Source: Ascidiella aspersa (taxonomy: Eukaryota). Taken from it: 64,000 bases of DNA. Shown one piece after another: positions 63,612 through 64,000 of the stretch (its first letter is position 1; the number at the start of each line of letters is the position of its first letter). The stretch covers positions 26,908,001-26,972,000 of the forward strand of contig OZ004609.1 in NCBI GenBank assembly GCA_963924565.1, written 5' to 3'. The notes beneath the pieces are model-generated. The model had not been told where the DNA came from. It did not search any database and was given only the letters and a program-made list of their open reading frames with translations. The position numbers were made by a program, and so were the translations under genes.

Positions 63612-64000
63612 GGGTAATACTAATTTACGGAATGATGAATGGTCGGAATGGTCGGAACGCTCACTAATTTACGGAATGGTCGGAATTGTCGGAATGGAAT
63701 GAATAGGGCCGAAACTAATTTGATGAATGGTCGGAACGGAATGAACTGTCGGAATGAAATGAACGAAGCTGTAGGAACAGAATGAACTGTCGGAATGAAA
63801 TGAACGAAGCTATAGAAACAGAATGAACTGTCGGAATGAAATGAACGAAGCTGTAGGAGCAGAATGAACTGTCGGAATGAAATGAACGAAGCTGTAGGAA
63901 CAGAATAAACTTTCGGAATGAAATGAACGAAGCTGTATGAACAGAATGAACTGTCGGAATAAGATGAACGAAGCTAACCCTAACCCTAACCCCAACCCTA
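63612..64000. mobile_element. Second copy of the 62703-63112 family, opposite orientation, truncated by the window end
   Basis: Starts GGGTAATACTAATTTACGGAATG, has about six 41-bp units, and ends in AACCCTAACCCTAACCCCAACCCTA. Confidence 0.85.

Noticed and set aside
63740-63975. CRISPR-like array
   Set aside because: The 41-bp units are head-to-tail with no unique spacers, the context is eukaryotic and there are no cas genes.
63975-64000. Telomere or chromosome end
   Set aside because: The short degenerate CCCTAA run is the internal core of a MITE; the same core occurs inverted at about 62915-62935.

Overview
AT-rich animal genomic DNA with spliceosomal introns. An invertebrate chordate such as an ascidian is suspected from gene similarity, compact introns and mosaic CpG depletion, but this is inference. 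Hand-splicing supports five intact protein-coding genes. (1) An intronless p130Cas/BCAR1 (8130-10547, +). (2) A 29-coding-exon EDC4/Ge-1 (11939-41162, +, about 1439 aa) that starts only 1.4 kb after BCAR1 and carries a U12-type intron. (3, 4) A tandem pair of two-exon calmodulin-like EF-hand genes (48092-49032 and 52060-53044, +). (5) An 8-coding-exon SOCS6 (63389-56287, -). Introns and intergenic DNA hold many non-autonomous DNA transposons with TIRs and 8-bp TSDs. The most unusual item is a tRNA-like cloverleaf with Pol III boxes at the apex of a 79-bp inverted repeat (28797-29021), part of which recurs inside the U12 intron. Others are a possible BCAR1-EDC4 operon, sharp CpG-depletion boundaries inside EDC4 and SOCS6, a hidden phase-consistent minus-strand gene or pseudogene (42543-47784), a duplicated decoy acceptor in SOCS6, and exon-restricted homogenisation of the EF-hand pair. 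All alignments and counts were done by eye and no database searches were run.
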